From contig DASZVH010000004.1 in assembly GCA_035547315.1 (NCBI GenBank), forward strand, positions 12,107-76,106: a DNA stretch of 64,000 nucleotides. The letters run 5' to 3'. This document shows, one piece after another, positions 34,026-42,660 of the stretch. Every line of letters starts with the position of its first letter. Position 1 is the first letter of the stretch. Source of the DNA: Minisyncoccota bacterium (GTDB lineage: Bacteria > Patescibacteriota > Minisyncoccia > Phycocordibacterales > Phycocordibacteraceae). The notes beneath the pieces were generated by a model, which was given only the letters and a program-made list of their open reading frames with translations, was not told the DNA's origin and did no database searches. Made by a program: the position numbers and the translations under genes.

Positions 34026-35045
34026 ATGTTCGGCTCCGCCGCTGAGTTTCTCGCTGCGTTTCCTTTTGAAGAGCCGCTTGGCGAACAGGTGAGCGCGCTC
34101 CTTGCGGGCGCGACGCGGGCGCCCTCCACCCACAACAGCCAGCCCTGGCGCTTTAAGATAGAGGCGCAGAGCGTGCGCATCTTTCGCGATACGAGCGTAA
34201 AGCTGCCGTACTCCGACCCGGTGAGCCGCTATGCGCATGTAAGCATCGGCTTCCTGCTCCAGCATCTTGCGGTGCTCGCGGATGCGCTCGGCATGGAGCC
34301 GCGCTTTGAGCTCGTGTGCCGCGAGGAGGAGATCGCGCGCGTCACCCTTGCTCCCGCAAAAGAGGGCAGCGCGCTCTCGCCGCTTGCCGAGGCCATCTTC
34401 ACCCGCAGGAACCGCCGCGGCGTCTTCACTGCCGCGAGCATCCCTGCGGAAATACTCGAGGCTGCGCAGGCAAACGACGCCTCGGCTCGCCTCGGGGTGG
34501 CGCCGGAGCTTCACGTCGAGAGCGACAGCGCGAAAGCTCGCGAGATAGGCGAGCTCACTTTCAAGAACATGGTGGCAGTCTATGAGCGGCCGGAATTCCG
34601 CGCGGAAATGTCCCGTTGGATCGCGCCTACCGGCTCGGGCCGCCTTACGGGCCTTCCCGGCTACTCGCTTAACCTGCCGATGCCGCTCACTTGGCTCTTG
34701 CCGCCCCTCATCAAGCACTTCAATATGGGAAAGCTTCCGGGCGCCGGCTCACGCGCGGCCATAGCCTCCGCCCCCGCGCTCTTTGGCTTTGCGAGCGCGG
34801 AGGAGCCGCGCGGGTGGGTGGCGGTGGGCTACGCCGCTTCCTACGCTGCACTCACGCTCGTCTCGCACGGGTACGACTACTCGGTCTTCGTCGCGACGAT
34901 CGAATACCCAGAGACACGCGCTCGGGTAGGTCAACTTCTCGGGCTCTCAATGCCGCTCCAATTCTTCTTCGTCGCAGGTAAACTCCCCGGTTCCGTTTCT
35001 TGGATGACGCCGCGGCTTCCGTTATCGGATAAAATAATGCCATGA
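34026..35045 (+). CDS. nitroreductase-family / SagB-type FMN-dependent dehydrogenase-like protein
   Basis: RAPSTHNSQPWRF nitroreductase signature. Extended 339 aa, longer than classic NfsA/B. Confidence 0.55.
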   Translation: MFGSAAEFLAAFPFEEPLGEQVSALLAGATRAPSTHNSQPWRFKIEAQSVRIFRDTSVKLPYSDPVSRYAHVSIGFLLQHLAVLADALGMEPRFELVCREEEIARVTLAPAKEGSALSPLAEAIFTRRNRRGVFTAASIPAEILEAAQANDASARLGVAPELHVESDSAKAREIGELTFKNMVAVYERPEFRAEMSRWIAPTGSGRLTGLPGYSLNLPMPLTWLLPPLIKHFNMGKLPGAGSRAAIASAPALFGFASAEEPRGWVAVGYAASYAALTLVSHGYDYSVFVATIEYPETRARVGQLLGLSMPLQFFFVAGKLPGSVSWMTPRLPLSDKIMP

Positions 35046-36079
35046 CTCTGCGACTCCTCGACCCGAATATTGCTGCCGATGCAGCTGAAATCGCAGACTT
35101 TCGAGCCGGAGGATGGTTTTTTGTCGATACATACGATGAACAGCTTGCCGAGCTGCGCCAGATTCGGGATCCGAAATCGATAGGGAAGGAATCTGCCCCG
35201 CTTGCCGCAGATCCAGGCGAGCGGATCGCTGTCTATGACTGGCGCAAGGCTCTTGTTCGGATCGTGGGCCCCGAGGCGTATCGAGAATTGCGAACTAATC
35301 GTAACCGCGACCTCCTCACGAGCGAGGAGCAAGAACGCTTCGGTGCTGCGCGAATCGGTTTCGCCGGGCTCAACGTCGGCAATCCGGGAGCAGTTGCAAT
35401 TGCGCTCGAGGGCGGGGCCTCCTCGATGAAGCTCGCAGACTTCGATCCGCTCTCGCTCACCAATCTGAATCGTTTTCGCGCAGGCCTGCCCGACCTCGGC
35501 GTCAACAAAGCTACTCTTACCGCGCGCCAGATCCTCGAAGTGGACCCGTATTACGAGCTTGAGCTTTATGAAAAGGGGTTGGCACCTGATACCGTCGAGC
35601 CGTTCCTTACGGCGCCCAAACTCGACCTCCTGGTCGAAGAGATGGATGCGCTCCCGCTTAAGCTCTCGGTCCGTGAAGTGGCTAAGAAAGCAGGCATTCC
35701 GGTCATAATGGTGACGGGCAATAGCGAGGGCGTGCTGCTCGACGTCGAGCGCTACGACACAGAGCCCGACTTGCCGCTCTTGAATGGCCTTATGGAGGAG
35801 CGTGTCCTTAGCGCTATCCGCGAACCCAAAGGCCTGATGATTCCCGCGGAAAAGGTGGCGCTCGCGCGCGACTTCATGGGCATCAAGTATCTCGACTCGC
35901 GCCTTGTCGATTCCTTCGCTAAGTTCGGCACCGAGCTCGTAGGCATCCCCCAGCTCGCGGAATCTTCTTTCATGCGCGGTGCGGCGCTCTGCTTCGCCGC
36001 TAAAGCCATCATCCTCGGGCGGCCGCTCCCGTCTGGGCGATATAGCTTCTCCTTCGCCGAACAATTAAAGCCCGTATAG
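35042..36079 (+). CDS. ThiF/MoeB/E1-like protein with a degenerate nucleotide-binding loop
   Basis: GFAGLNVGNPGAVAIALEGGASSMKLADFDPLSLTNLNRF aligns to the E1 Rossmann core and DFD..SNLNRQ. The GxGxxG loop is degenerate. About 100 aa N-terminal extension. ATGA overlap. Confidence 0.5.
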   Translation: MTLRLLDPNIAADAAEIADFRAGGWFFVDTYDEQLAELRQIRDPKSIGKESAPLAADPGERIAVYDWRKALVRIVGPEAYRELRTNRNRDLLTSEEQERFGAARIGFAGLNVGNPGAVAIALEGGASSMKLADFDPLSLTNLNRFRAGLPDLGVNKATLTARQILEVDPYYELELYEKGLAPDTVEPFLTAPKLDLLVEEMDALPLKLSVREVAKKAGIPVIMVTGNSEGVLLDVERYDTEPDLPLLNGLMEERVLSAIREPKGLMIPAEKVALARDFMGIKYLDSRLVDSFAKFGTELVGIPQLAESSFMRGAALCFAAKAIILGRPLPSGRYSFSFAEQLKPV

Positions 36080-36081
36080 AG

Positions 36082-37650
36082 ATGGAAGGCATACTCAACA
36101 TTGATCTGCTTTGGGTCGGACTCGCGGTAGCGGGGGCGGGCACGCTCGGCTTCACCATCTACTTTTCCGACCAGGAGAGCGCGACCGCGAAGGCGTTCCT
36201 CCTTTTCACTTCAGCAAGCATCTTCTGGAGTATCGCCAACTTCGCGAGCGCGCGCGTGAGCGACCCGACGGCCGTATTGTGGCTCATCCGGCTCGTTCTT
36301 TTCTGCGCCTCTTGGCACGCGTTCTCGTTCTTCCTCCTCGCGTATCAATTTCCCGAGCGTGCGGCACGGATCAGCAAGCGCCTCTTCTTCGCGCTTCTTT
36401 CTTGGACCGCGGTCGTCTCGATCGTCGTGCTTACGCCAGTCGTCTACGAGGCCGTCCTCGCCGTCTCGCCGTCCGTGAAAACGCAAACCGGCCCCGGCAT
36501 CGCTCTATTCGGCCTTACAGTCCTCTCGTATATCGGCGCTGGTCTTTATCAGCTCACGCGAAAATTCTTCCGCTCCGGCGGAGCCGAACGGCACCAGATG
36601 GAGGCGGTACTTACCGGCACTGCGCTTACGTTCGTATTCCTTATCGTCTTCGATTTCCTCTTTCCGGCGTTCTTCGACATTCCGACTCTGGTTCCCTATG
36701 GCGGGCTCTTCCTTCTCCCGTTCATCATGGGGGTTTCTTATGCCATCCTCCATTATCGGCTCTTCAATCTGCGGGTCGCGCTCTTCGGTCTCCTGACCTT
36801 CCTTCTTGCGACCGCGACGTTCTTCGACATCCTTCTCTCCGATACCGCCTGGTTGGTGCTCTATCGCGTCGTCGAGCTCGGGCTCGTCCTTACCGCCGGC
36901 ATCTGGCTTATCAAGAGCATGGTGCGCGAGTTCGAGCTCGAGCGAGAGCTCCAAGAGACCAACGCGCGGCAGGAGGGGCTTATCCACTTCATCGGGCATG
37001 AGGTGAAGGGCTTCCTCACCAAGGCGCAGGGCGTCTTCTCGCTCATGAGCGAGGGGGAGCTGGGGCCCGTGCCGGAGTCTATGCGTCCCTTCGTCGAGCG
37101 CGGGCTCGCGGATACCAAAGACGGCGTGGCGAGCGTCTCCGACATCCTCAAGGCGAGCAATTTGAAGAAGGGCACGGTGAATTATGAAAAAAAGCCCCTC
37201 GATCTCGCCGCACTCGTCAAAGAAACAGTAGAGAAAGAGAAGCCGACCGCAGAAAGGAAGAAGCTCGCGCTCCTCCTCGATATCGAGGGTGAAGGGTACC
37301 AGATGACCGGCGACGGCCCGCAAATAGCCGACCATGTGCTGCGGAATCTCATTGAGAACTCGATCAACTACACGCCCACAGGCTCGATCCACGTCTCGCT
37401 TAAGAAAGCGCCGGGTAAGTATGTCTTTGCGGTCTCGGACACCGGCATCGGTATAAGCGCGGAGGATAAAGCGCGGCTTTTCACCGAGGGCGGGCACGGC
37501 AAAGATTCGCAGAAGGTGAATGTCCACTCGACCGGCTACGGGCTCTTCATTGCCAAACAGATCGTCGAGGCGCACGGCGGCAGCATCTCCGCCTCATCCG
37601 AGGGCCCCGGCACGGGCTCGACCTTCACCGCCGAGTTCCCGGCGGGATAA
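36082..37650 (+). CDS. membrane sensor histidine kinase (7TM N-domain + HisKA + HATPase_c)
   Basis: H-box FIGHEVKG, N-box NLIENSINYT, G1 DTGIGI and G2 GYGLFIAKQ. No cognate response regulator is adjacent. Confidence 0.8.
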   Translation: MEGILNIDLLWVGLAVAGAGTLGFTIYFSDQESATAKAFLLFTSASIFWSIANFASARVSDPTAVLWLIRLVLFCASWHAFSFFLLAYQFPERAARISKRLFFALLSWTAVVSIVVLTPVVYEAVLAVSPSVKTQTGPGIALFGLTVLSYIGAGLYQLTRKFFRSGGAERHQMEAVLTGTALTFVFLIVFDFLFPAFFDIPTLVPYGGLFLLPFIMGVSYAILHYRLFNLRVALFGLLTFLLATATFFDILLSDTAWLVLYRVVELGLVLTAGIWLIKSMVREFELERELQETNARQEGLIHFIGHEVKGFLTKAQGVFSLMSEGELGPVPESMRPFVERGLADTKDGVASVSDILKASNLKKGTVNYEKKPLDLAALVKETVEKEKPTAERKKLALLLDIEGEGYQMTGDGPQIADHVLRNLIENSINYTPTGSIHVSLKKAPGKYVFAVSDTGIGISAEDKARLFTEGGHGKDSQKVNVHSTGYGLFIAKQIVEAHGGSISASSEGPGTGSTFTAEFPAG

Positions 37651-38994
37651 TCAGCCGAGGGCTCGTGCAAGCTCGGCAGGAGGGAGCTCTTTCTGCTCGC
37701 CAGTGGCAAGATCGCGCAGGACGACGACGCCTTTGGCGAAGTGCTCCTGCATCGCGATAAGCGCGTAGGGGAAGCCCTTTTTATTTGCGAAGGCGAGCTG
37801 CTTATCAAGCGGCTTCTCCTCGAGATAGATCTCGGCAGCGACCCCTGCGGCGCGCAACTCCTTTGCATAATTCAAATACTCCGCGAGGCGCTCGCGCTCT
37901 GCGGTGGTCACGAGTACTTTGGCGGGCGTCTGCGCCTTGGCCTCGACGATGCCGGCCTTGATAAGTCGGGCAAGGAGGCGGGAAACGCCTATGGAAATGC
38001 CGACGCCCGGGTACGCCTCTTTGGTGTAGGCGCTCGCGAGGCCATCGTAGCGGCCGCCCGAGGCGATCGAGCCAAGGTCAGGATGTTCATCGAGCGCAGT
38101 CTCGAAGACCGAACCGGTGTAGTAGGAGAGGCCGCGCGCGATCGAGAGGTCGATGGTGTAGCGCTCAGGCGGCACGCCCATGCTCTCTACGCCTTTGATG
38201 ACCTCCTTCAGCTCCGCAAGCCCTTCTTTGCCTTCGTCGTCGAGCCCGGCGCCTTCGAGGAAGGCGAGCGTTTCGACTGCCGAGCGCTTAGCAGGGAGAA
38301 ACTCGAGCAGCTCTTTTGCGCGCTCCTGCTGCATCCCGTGCGCGACAAGCGCGAGCGCGGTCTTCTCCTTGCCGGCCTTCTCCAAGCGGTCTATCGCGCG
38401 CATCAATTCCGGCATGGCGGCGTCTTCGCCGCCCATGTGGCGGATGATCGCCGCGAGCACCTTGCGGTTGTTGATGCGCACCGTGAAGGGGCCGAAGTCG
38501 AGCTCGGCGAAGATGCCGGCGATGACGGCGACCATCTCGGCGTCGTGGAGCAGCGAGAGCGCGCCGTGGCCGACCGCGTCGATGTCGGCCTGGAGGAACT
38601 CGCGATAGCGGCCGTCCTTCGCCCGCTCGCCGCGCAGCACCTTCCCGATGGCGGAGCGCCGGAAGGGGAAGGGGAGCTCGCGCGCGTGCGTCGCGACGTA
38701 TCGCGCCAAGGGGACGGTGTGGTCGAAGCGCAGCGCCAAGTCCTTTTCATCCGAGGCGCCTTCTTCCGGATTCAAGAGCCGGAGGCCGTAGATCTGATTA
38801 GCGATCTCGCCTTCGTTCTTCGCAGCCAAGACTTCGGGCCGCTCGACGAGCGGGGTCTCGAGCGGGGCGTAGCCGGCCGCCGCAAAATGCTTGCGGATGA
38901 CCGCGAGCATTCGCTCCTGCGCAATCGCCTCCGCCGGCCCCAGCGTGGGGAAGCCGCTTATGTCCTCGAGGAGGCGCTTAGGGAAATCAGCCAT
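37651..38994 (-). CDS. hisS: histidyl-tRNA synthetase
   Basis: Class II motifs including GGRYDGL. 447 aa. A TATAGT hexamer lies 9 nt upstream of the ATG. Confidence 0.9.
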   Translation of the reverse strand: MADFPKRLLEDISGFPTLGPAEAIAQERMLAVIRKHFAAAGYAPLETPLVERPEVLAAKNEGEIANQIYGLRLLNPEEGASDEKDLALRFDHTVPLARYVATHARELPFPFRRSAIGKVLRGERAKDGRYREFLQADIDAVGHGALSLLHDAEMVAVIAGIFAELDFGPFTVRINNRKVLAAIIRHMGGEDAAMPELMRAIDRLEKAGKEKTALALVAHGMQQERAKELLEFLPAKRSAVETLAFLEGAGLDDEGKEGLAELKEVIKGVESMGVPPERYTIDLSIARGLSYYTGSVFETALDEHPDLGSIASGGRYDGLASAYTKEAYPGVGISIGVSRLLARLIKAGIVEAKAQTPAKVLVTTAERERLAEYLNYAKELRAAGVAAEIYLEEKPLDKQLAFANKKGFPYALIAMQEHFAKGVVVLRDLATGEQKELPPAELARALG

Positions 38995-39096
38995 TGGTCT
39001 TTACTATAGCGTACGTTAGTCGGGGTATGGAGGCATACCCCTTCCTCGCTCGCTCACTTTGCAAAATCATGATAATTTTGCAAAGTTCACTCGCTC

Positions 39097-39170
39097 GTCG
39101 GGGTAGCTCAGTTGGTAAGAGCGTGGCATTCATAACGCCAAGGTCGTGGGTTCGACTCCCACCCTCGACA
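39097..39170 (+). tRNA. tRNA with CAT anticodon (elongator Met or Ile2)
   Basis: Cloverleaf: acceptor GTCGGGG/CCTCGAC, D-arm GCTCAGTTGGTAAGAGC, anticodon loop TTCATAA, T-loop TTCGACT. Overlaps a spurious track ORF. Confidence 0.7.
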
Positions 39171-39178
39171 CTGCAATT

Positions 39179-39363
39179 TTCCTCAGGATTTGGTAGGATG
39201 CGTTCACGCTTGCGGTAGTAAGCCCGCAGACGGGCTTGCTCCCGCTGCGTTCGGAAAAACCAGAAGCAAGCTTCTGATTTTCCTCACTTGCGGGAGTAAG
39301 TAGGCTTTCTCCCGCTGCGTTCGCTCGGAAAGAAAGAAAACGCCTTTCTTTCCTCACTCACTT
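39179..39363 (+). repeat. 2.5 tandem structured repeats, each ending in a copy of the tRNA-Asp 5' end
   Basis: Units are ~75 nt: CTCCCGCTGCGTTCG...(internal palindrome)...TTCCTCACT(CAC)TTGCGGGAGTA. The last unit runs directly into the tRNA-Asp acceptor stem. Confidence 0.6.
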
Positions 39364-39437
39364 GCGGGAGTAGCTCAATTGGTTAGAGCGCCGCCCTGTC
39401 ACGGCGGAGGTTGCGGGTTCAAGTCCCGTCTCTCGCG
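39364..39437 (+). tRNA. tRNA-Asp (GTC)
   Basis: Acceptor GCGGGAG, anticodon loop CTGTCAC, T-loop TTCAAGT and discriminator G. Confidence 0.85.
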
Positions 39438-39819
39438 CACCATAGGACGAATGGAGCGCAAAGCTTCATTTTGTCTTGCAGTTTCTTCGTTTATCTCCAG
39501 TTCTAACGAACGATACCGTTCTTCGATCGCGGGATAATCAGAAACCGTCTTCGTGTGCCAGTGCCTTTTCAATCAAGATTTTGACCCGCCGATCGTAATC
39601 CTTGGGAGGCTTCTTTTCCCGTCCAGTGGCTTGTCCGCGCATTACTGAGATTGTCTGTCATTCCTCGCCCTTAGGCAAACTCGCCCGGTTCGCGTAAAAA
39701 GCTAGCGCCAGCGCGAGTTTATGTTCAGGTCGCAGCTTTCCTCGACTTTTCGCCAAACTCGCGCCACCGACGAGCCGGTGCGACCTGGTGCGAGTAGGTT
39801 ACTGCACTGGTGCAGTAAA

Positions 39820-40179
39820 TCATCCAATTTTCCCAAATCGCGCGTCATTGATCATCTGTTCCCATGACGCGAAATAGAGCGGTGTGATGCGAGATGCAAT
39901 CCCCATGCCACTCGTGAAGATCGAGAAGTGCTGGATCTTTGCCTGCCGCTCCCTCGCGCCTTGATTGTAGAGAACGTAGAGATGATCCACTCCATTGCCG
40001 ACGCCTTTTTTCGAGTTCACACTCGTGATGTCGGCGAGCGGAATGTCGAGTACTTTTGTGCCGTCCTTTTTCTCAAACGATAGGCTCGTTCGCGTGAGCA
40101 CTAAACTTCCGTTTTTGCGACGTAGAAAACCGCCGAGATAGGTGAGCTTATTCTCTTTCTTGAGTATCTGATCCGCCAT
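39820..40179 (-). CDS. hypothetical protein (low-GC patch)
   Basis: 119 aa. A perfect 9 bp inverted repeat (TTACTGCAC/GTGCAGTAA) sits at its stop. Confidence 0.3.
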   Translation of the reverse strand: MADQILKKENKLTYLGGFLRRKNGSLVLTRTSLSFEKKDGTKVLDIPLADITSVNSKKGVGNGVDHLYVLYNQGARERQAKIQHFSIFTSGMGIASRITPLYFASWEQMINDARFGKIG

Positions 40180-40746
40180 AATTGCGTGTTAGTGAGTAAA
40201 CACGGCGGGTACCACAAAACCCGCCACTAGGGTGGGGCTTGCGCCCCCATACCGGTTTCCCGATACGGCCAATCACGACGAGCCCTAATGACGGGTTTTC
40301 TGGTCGTGATTGGACTTCTGAACCATGCCAGCAACTCACGTCGCTGGTTTAGGCCCCGCTGCTTTCGCAGCTCTTTTATTCTACAGTGGTGGTTCCAGTC
40401 AAAGTGCCAGTATTGTCTTAAGGAAGGCCACCGAGTAATCGGCGGCCTTTATGCAACTTCGGCCATGCCGGTCCGGTACTATAAACATATGAATAAATTC
40501 ACTGACCTAGTGCTGATTATCGGCTTCTTAGCGGTCGACTTCCTCTTTTTCCATGACCTCTTTAAGGCGGGGGAGATAATTACCTTGCCGCAGTACCTTA
40601 CCGGCCTTCTCTCGATTATCGTGATCCTCCGCGCGCTCTGGTCGCTCTTTGGCGCTGAGTCCGCCGCGCGCCTCGCGTAACTCTTCCCCAACATCCGCTC
40701 ATAGCGCCCCGCGTGCGGGGCACTGCGAGCTATACTAGAGAGCACG

Positions 40747-41079
40747 ATGAACATCGGGCAGCAGCACATCCATGCGAGGCGGCGACTCTTCAAACATCTT
40801 GAGCCGTTCCCCTCCAAGCACTTTGGCAAGCGCATCCTCGACTACGTTATCTATGTTGCTGCGATCGCGCAGCCTCTTGCGCTTGTCCCGCAAGCGCTCC
40901 TGGTGCTTGACGACGGCAGCGCCTCGGGCGCCTCTCCGCTTACCTGGGGCCTTCTTGGCATTATCGGCATCATGTGGGTCTTCTACGGCATCGTGCATAA
41001 AGAGAAGCCGATTGTCCTCTCCAACACGCTCTCGGTTGTGCTCGACTTCACGATCGTCTACGGAATCCTCCGCCACTAG
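40747..41079 (+). CDS. SemiSWEET / PQ-loop sugar transporter family protein
   Basis: AIAQPLALVPQALLV (PQ motif) and WVFYGIVHKEKPIVLSNTLSVVLDFTIVYGIL match the three-TM SemiSWEET pattern. An N-terminal extension is possible. Confidence 0.55.
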   Translation: MNIGQQHIHARRRLFKHLEPFPSKHFGKRILDYVIYVAAIAQPLALVPQALLVLDDGSASGASPLTWGLLGIIGIMWVFYGIVHKEKPIVLSNTLSVVLDFTIVYGILRH

Positions 41080-41137
41080 CGAGAGGGCGCGCGTGCATGT
41101 TAGTATCGCTTTTGCGCCGATCTAGCGCACATTTGTT

Positions 41138-41210
41138 GCCGATGTAGCTCAGTTGGTAGAGCAGCTCCATGGTAAGGAGCAGGTCGCCAGTTCGATCCTG
41201 GCCATCGGCT
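41138..41210 (+). tRNA. tRNA-Thr (GGT)
   Basis: Anticodon loop ATGGTAA, T-loop TTCGATC and acceptor GCCGATG/CATCGGC. Confidence 0.85.
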
Positions 41211-41235
41211 CACGAGTAAGGTATAAAAATCGTAC

Positions 41236-41308
41236 GCCGGAGTAGCTCAGTTGGTAGAGCGAGGGTATCGTAAACCCTAGGTCGTCGGTTCAATCCCGAC
41301 CTCCGGCT
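41236..41308 (+). tRNA. tRNA-Thr (CGT)
   Basis: Anticodon loop ATCGTAA, T-loop TTCAATC and acceptor GCCGGAG/CTCCGGC. Confidence 0.85.
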
Positions 41309-41309
41309 C

Positions 41310-42173
41310 ATGGAGAAAGAGGCGCGACTGGCGGAATTGGAAGCGGCGATGGCCTCGCCGGAGTTCTGGAATGATAAAGAGGAGGCGCAAAAGCTCGTGC
41401 GCGAATATCAGCAGCTCAAGGAGGGCGCGGGCGGCGGGCACGAGGGCGGCGGCGCGACCTTGGCGATACTTGCGGGCGCGGGCGGCGACGACGCGGAGGA
41501 CTTCGCCGCGATGCTCGCCAAGATGTACAAAGGCTACGCGGCCGCAAAAGGCTGGAGCTTGAAGCAGCTCGACGACACGCCCTCCTCGGCTGGGTACCGC
41601 AGCGTGCTTTTTGAGATAACCGGAGCGGGGGCGTACAGCCGGTTGAAGCACGAGGCCGGCGTCCACCGGCTGGTGCGCATCTCGCCTTTCAACGCGCAGG
41701 GGAAGCGGCAGACAAGCTTCGCGCTCGTGGAGGTGCTCCCCATACTCGCGCCCTCCGAGAAGATAGAGCTGAAGCCGGAGGAGCTCGACATACAATTCGC
41801 CAAAGCCGGCGGCGCGGGCGGCCAGAACGTTAATAAAAGAGAGACAGCGGTGCGCATCGTCCACAAGCCGACCAATATTTCGGTACATGTCTCCTCGGAG
41901 AGAAGCCAGGCGGCGAACAAGGAGAAAGCGCACGAGCTCCTCGCTGCGAAATTATTTGCGCAGCAGGAGGAAGAGGCGAAGGCCCTCAAGGAGGGGCGCA
42001 GCATCGCCAAGACGACCGCCAACGAGTGGGGCAGCCAGATCCGCTCCTATGTCCTCCACCCCTATAAAATGGTCAAGGATCACCGCACCGGCCACGAGTC
42101 CGGCAACCCCGAGAAGGTCCTCGCCGGCGACCTCGATGGCTTCATCGACGCCGCTGCGGCAGAGCGGGTATAA
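41310..42173 (+). CDS. prfB: peptide chain release factor 2 with truncated domain 1, no programmed frameshift
   Basis: SPF tripeptide and GGQ (AGGAGGQNVNK) motifs. Only 287 aa. The ATG lies 2 nt after tRNA-Thr. The domain-1 helical bundle is reduced to ~EGAGGGHE. Confidence 0.8.
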   Translation: MEKEARLAELEAAMASPEFWNDKEEAQKLVREYQQLKEGAGGGHEGGGATLAILAGAGGDDAEDFAAMLAKMYKGYAAAKGWSLKQLDDTPSSAGYRSVLFEITGAGAYSRLKHEAGVHRLVRISPFNAQGKRQTSFALVEVLPILAPSEKIELKPEELDIQFAKAGGAGGQNVNKRETAVRIVHKPTNISVHVSSERSQAANKEKAHELLAAKLFAQQEEEAKALKEGRSIAKTTANEWGSQIRSYVLHPYKMVKDHRTGHESGNPEKVLAGDLDGFIDAAAAERV

Positions 42174-42317
42174 TCAAGACACGATGGAGACCCGGATCGT
42201 CAATGGTCGCATTACGCTCGATTTGAAGCCCGCGCTCGGCAACCGCTCGCGCGGCGTGGAGGATGCCGCGATTCGGGAGAAGATCCGCTCGATCGTGGCG
42301 AAGGTAGTCGCATAGCT

Positions 42318-42629
42318 ATGGCGGTCTCGCGCGAACGATGGTCGGCGATGACGCTCGAGGAGCAGCTCGGCAATATCGGGAGCGAGGTCGGCCGTGCGGC
42401 GAAGTGGCAGGGGAAAGACGACGCGGCATTCTGGGGCGCGGTCACACGCGCGCTCGAGCTTCTCTGCCTCACGCAGCTTGACGCGCGCTGGCGCGCGCGC
42501 CGCGCGGAGCTCAATCGCGCGCAGGAGGCCTTTTGCGACGCCGTCCTCGGCGGCGCGCACTATCGGAGCACGCTCCCGGATCTCGAACGGTATTACGCGC
42601 AATTCGCGCTCCTTGCGCGCGCGCACTAA
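42318..42629 (+). CDS. hypothetical protein
   Basis: 103 aa helical ORF. A 43 aa ORF (42184-42315) lies immediately upstream. Confidence 0.3.
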   Translation: MAVSRERWSAMTLEEQLGNIGSEVGRAAKWQGKDDAAFWGAVTRALELLCLTQLDARWRARRAELNRAQEAFCDAVLGGAHYRSTLPDLERYYAQFALLARAH

Positions 42630-42660
42630 GAAAACCGGCGCTCGCGAGGAGCGCCGGTTG

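Noticed and set aside
32457-37650. YcaO cyclodehydratase or precursor peptide completing a TOMM cluster
   Set aside because: No YcaO-like ORF and no Cys/Ser/Thr-rich small ORF were found in or next to the cassette, so it is reported only as TOMM-like, not as a TOMM cluster.
38994-39218. 74 aa plus-strand ORF starting at the hisS start
   Set aside because: It reads through the tRNA (CAT) gene at 39097-39170, so it is a tRNA rather than a CDS.
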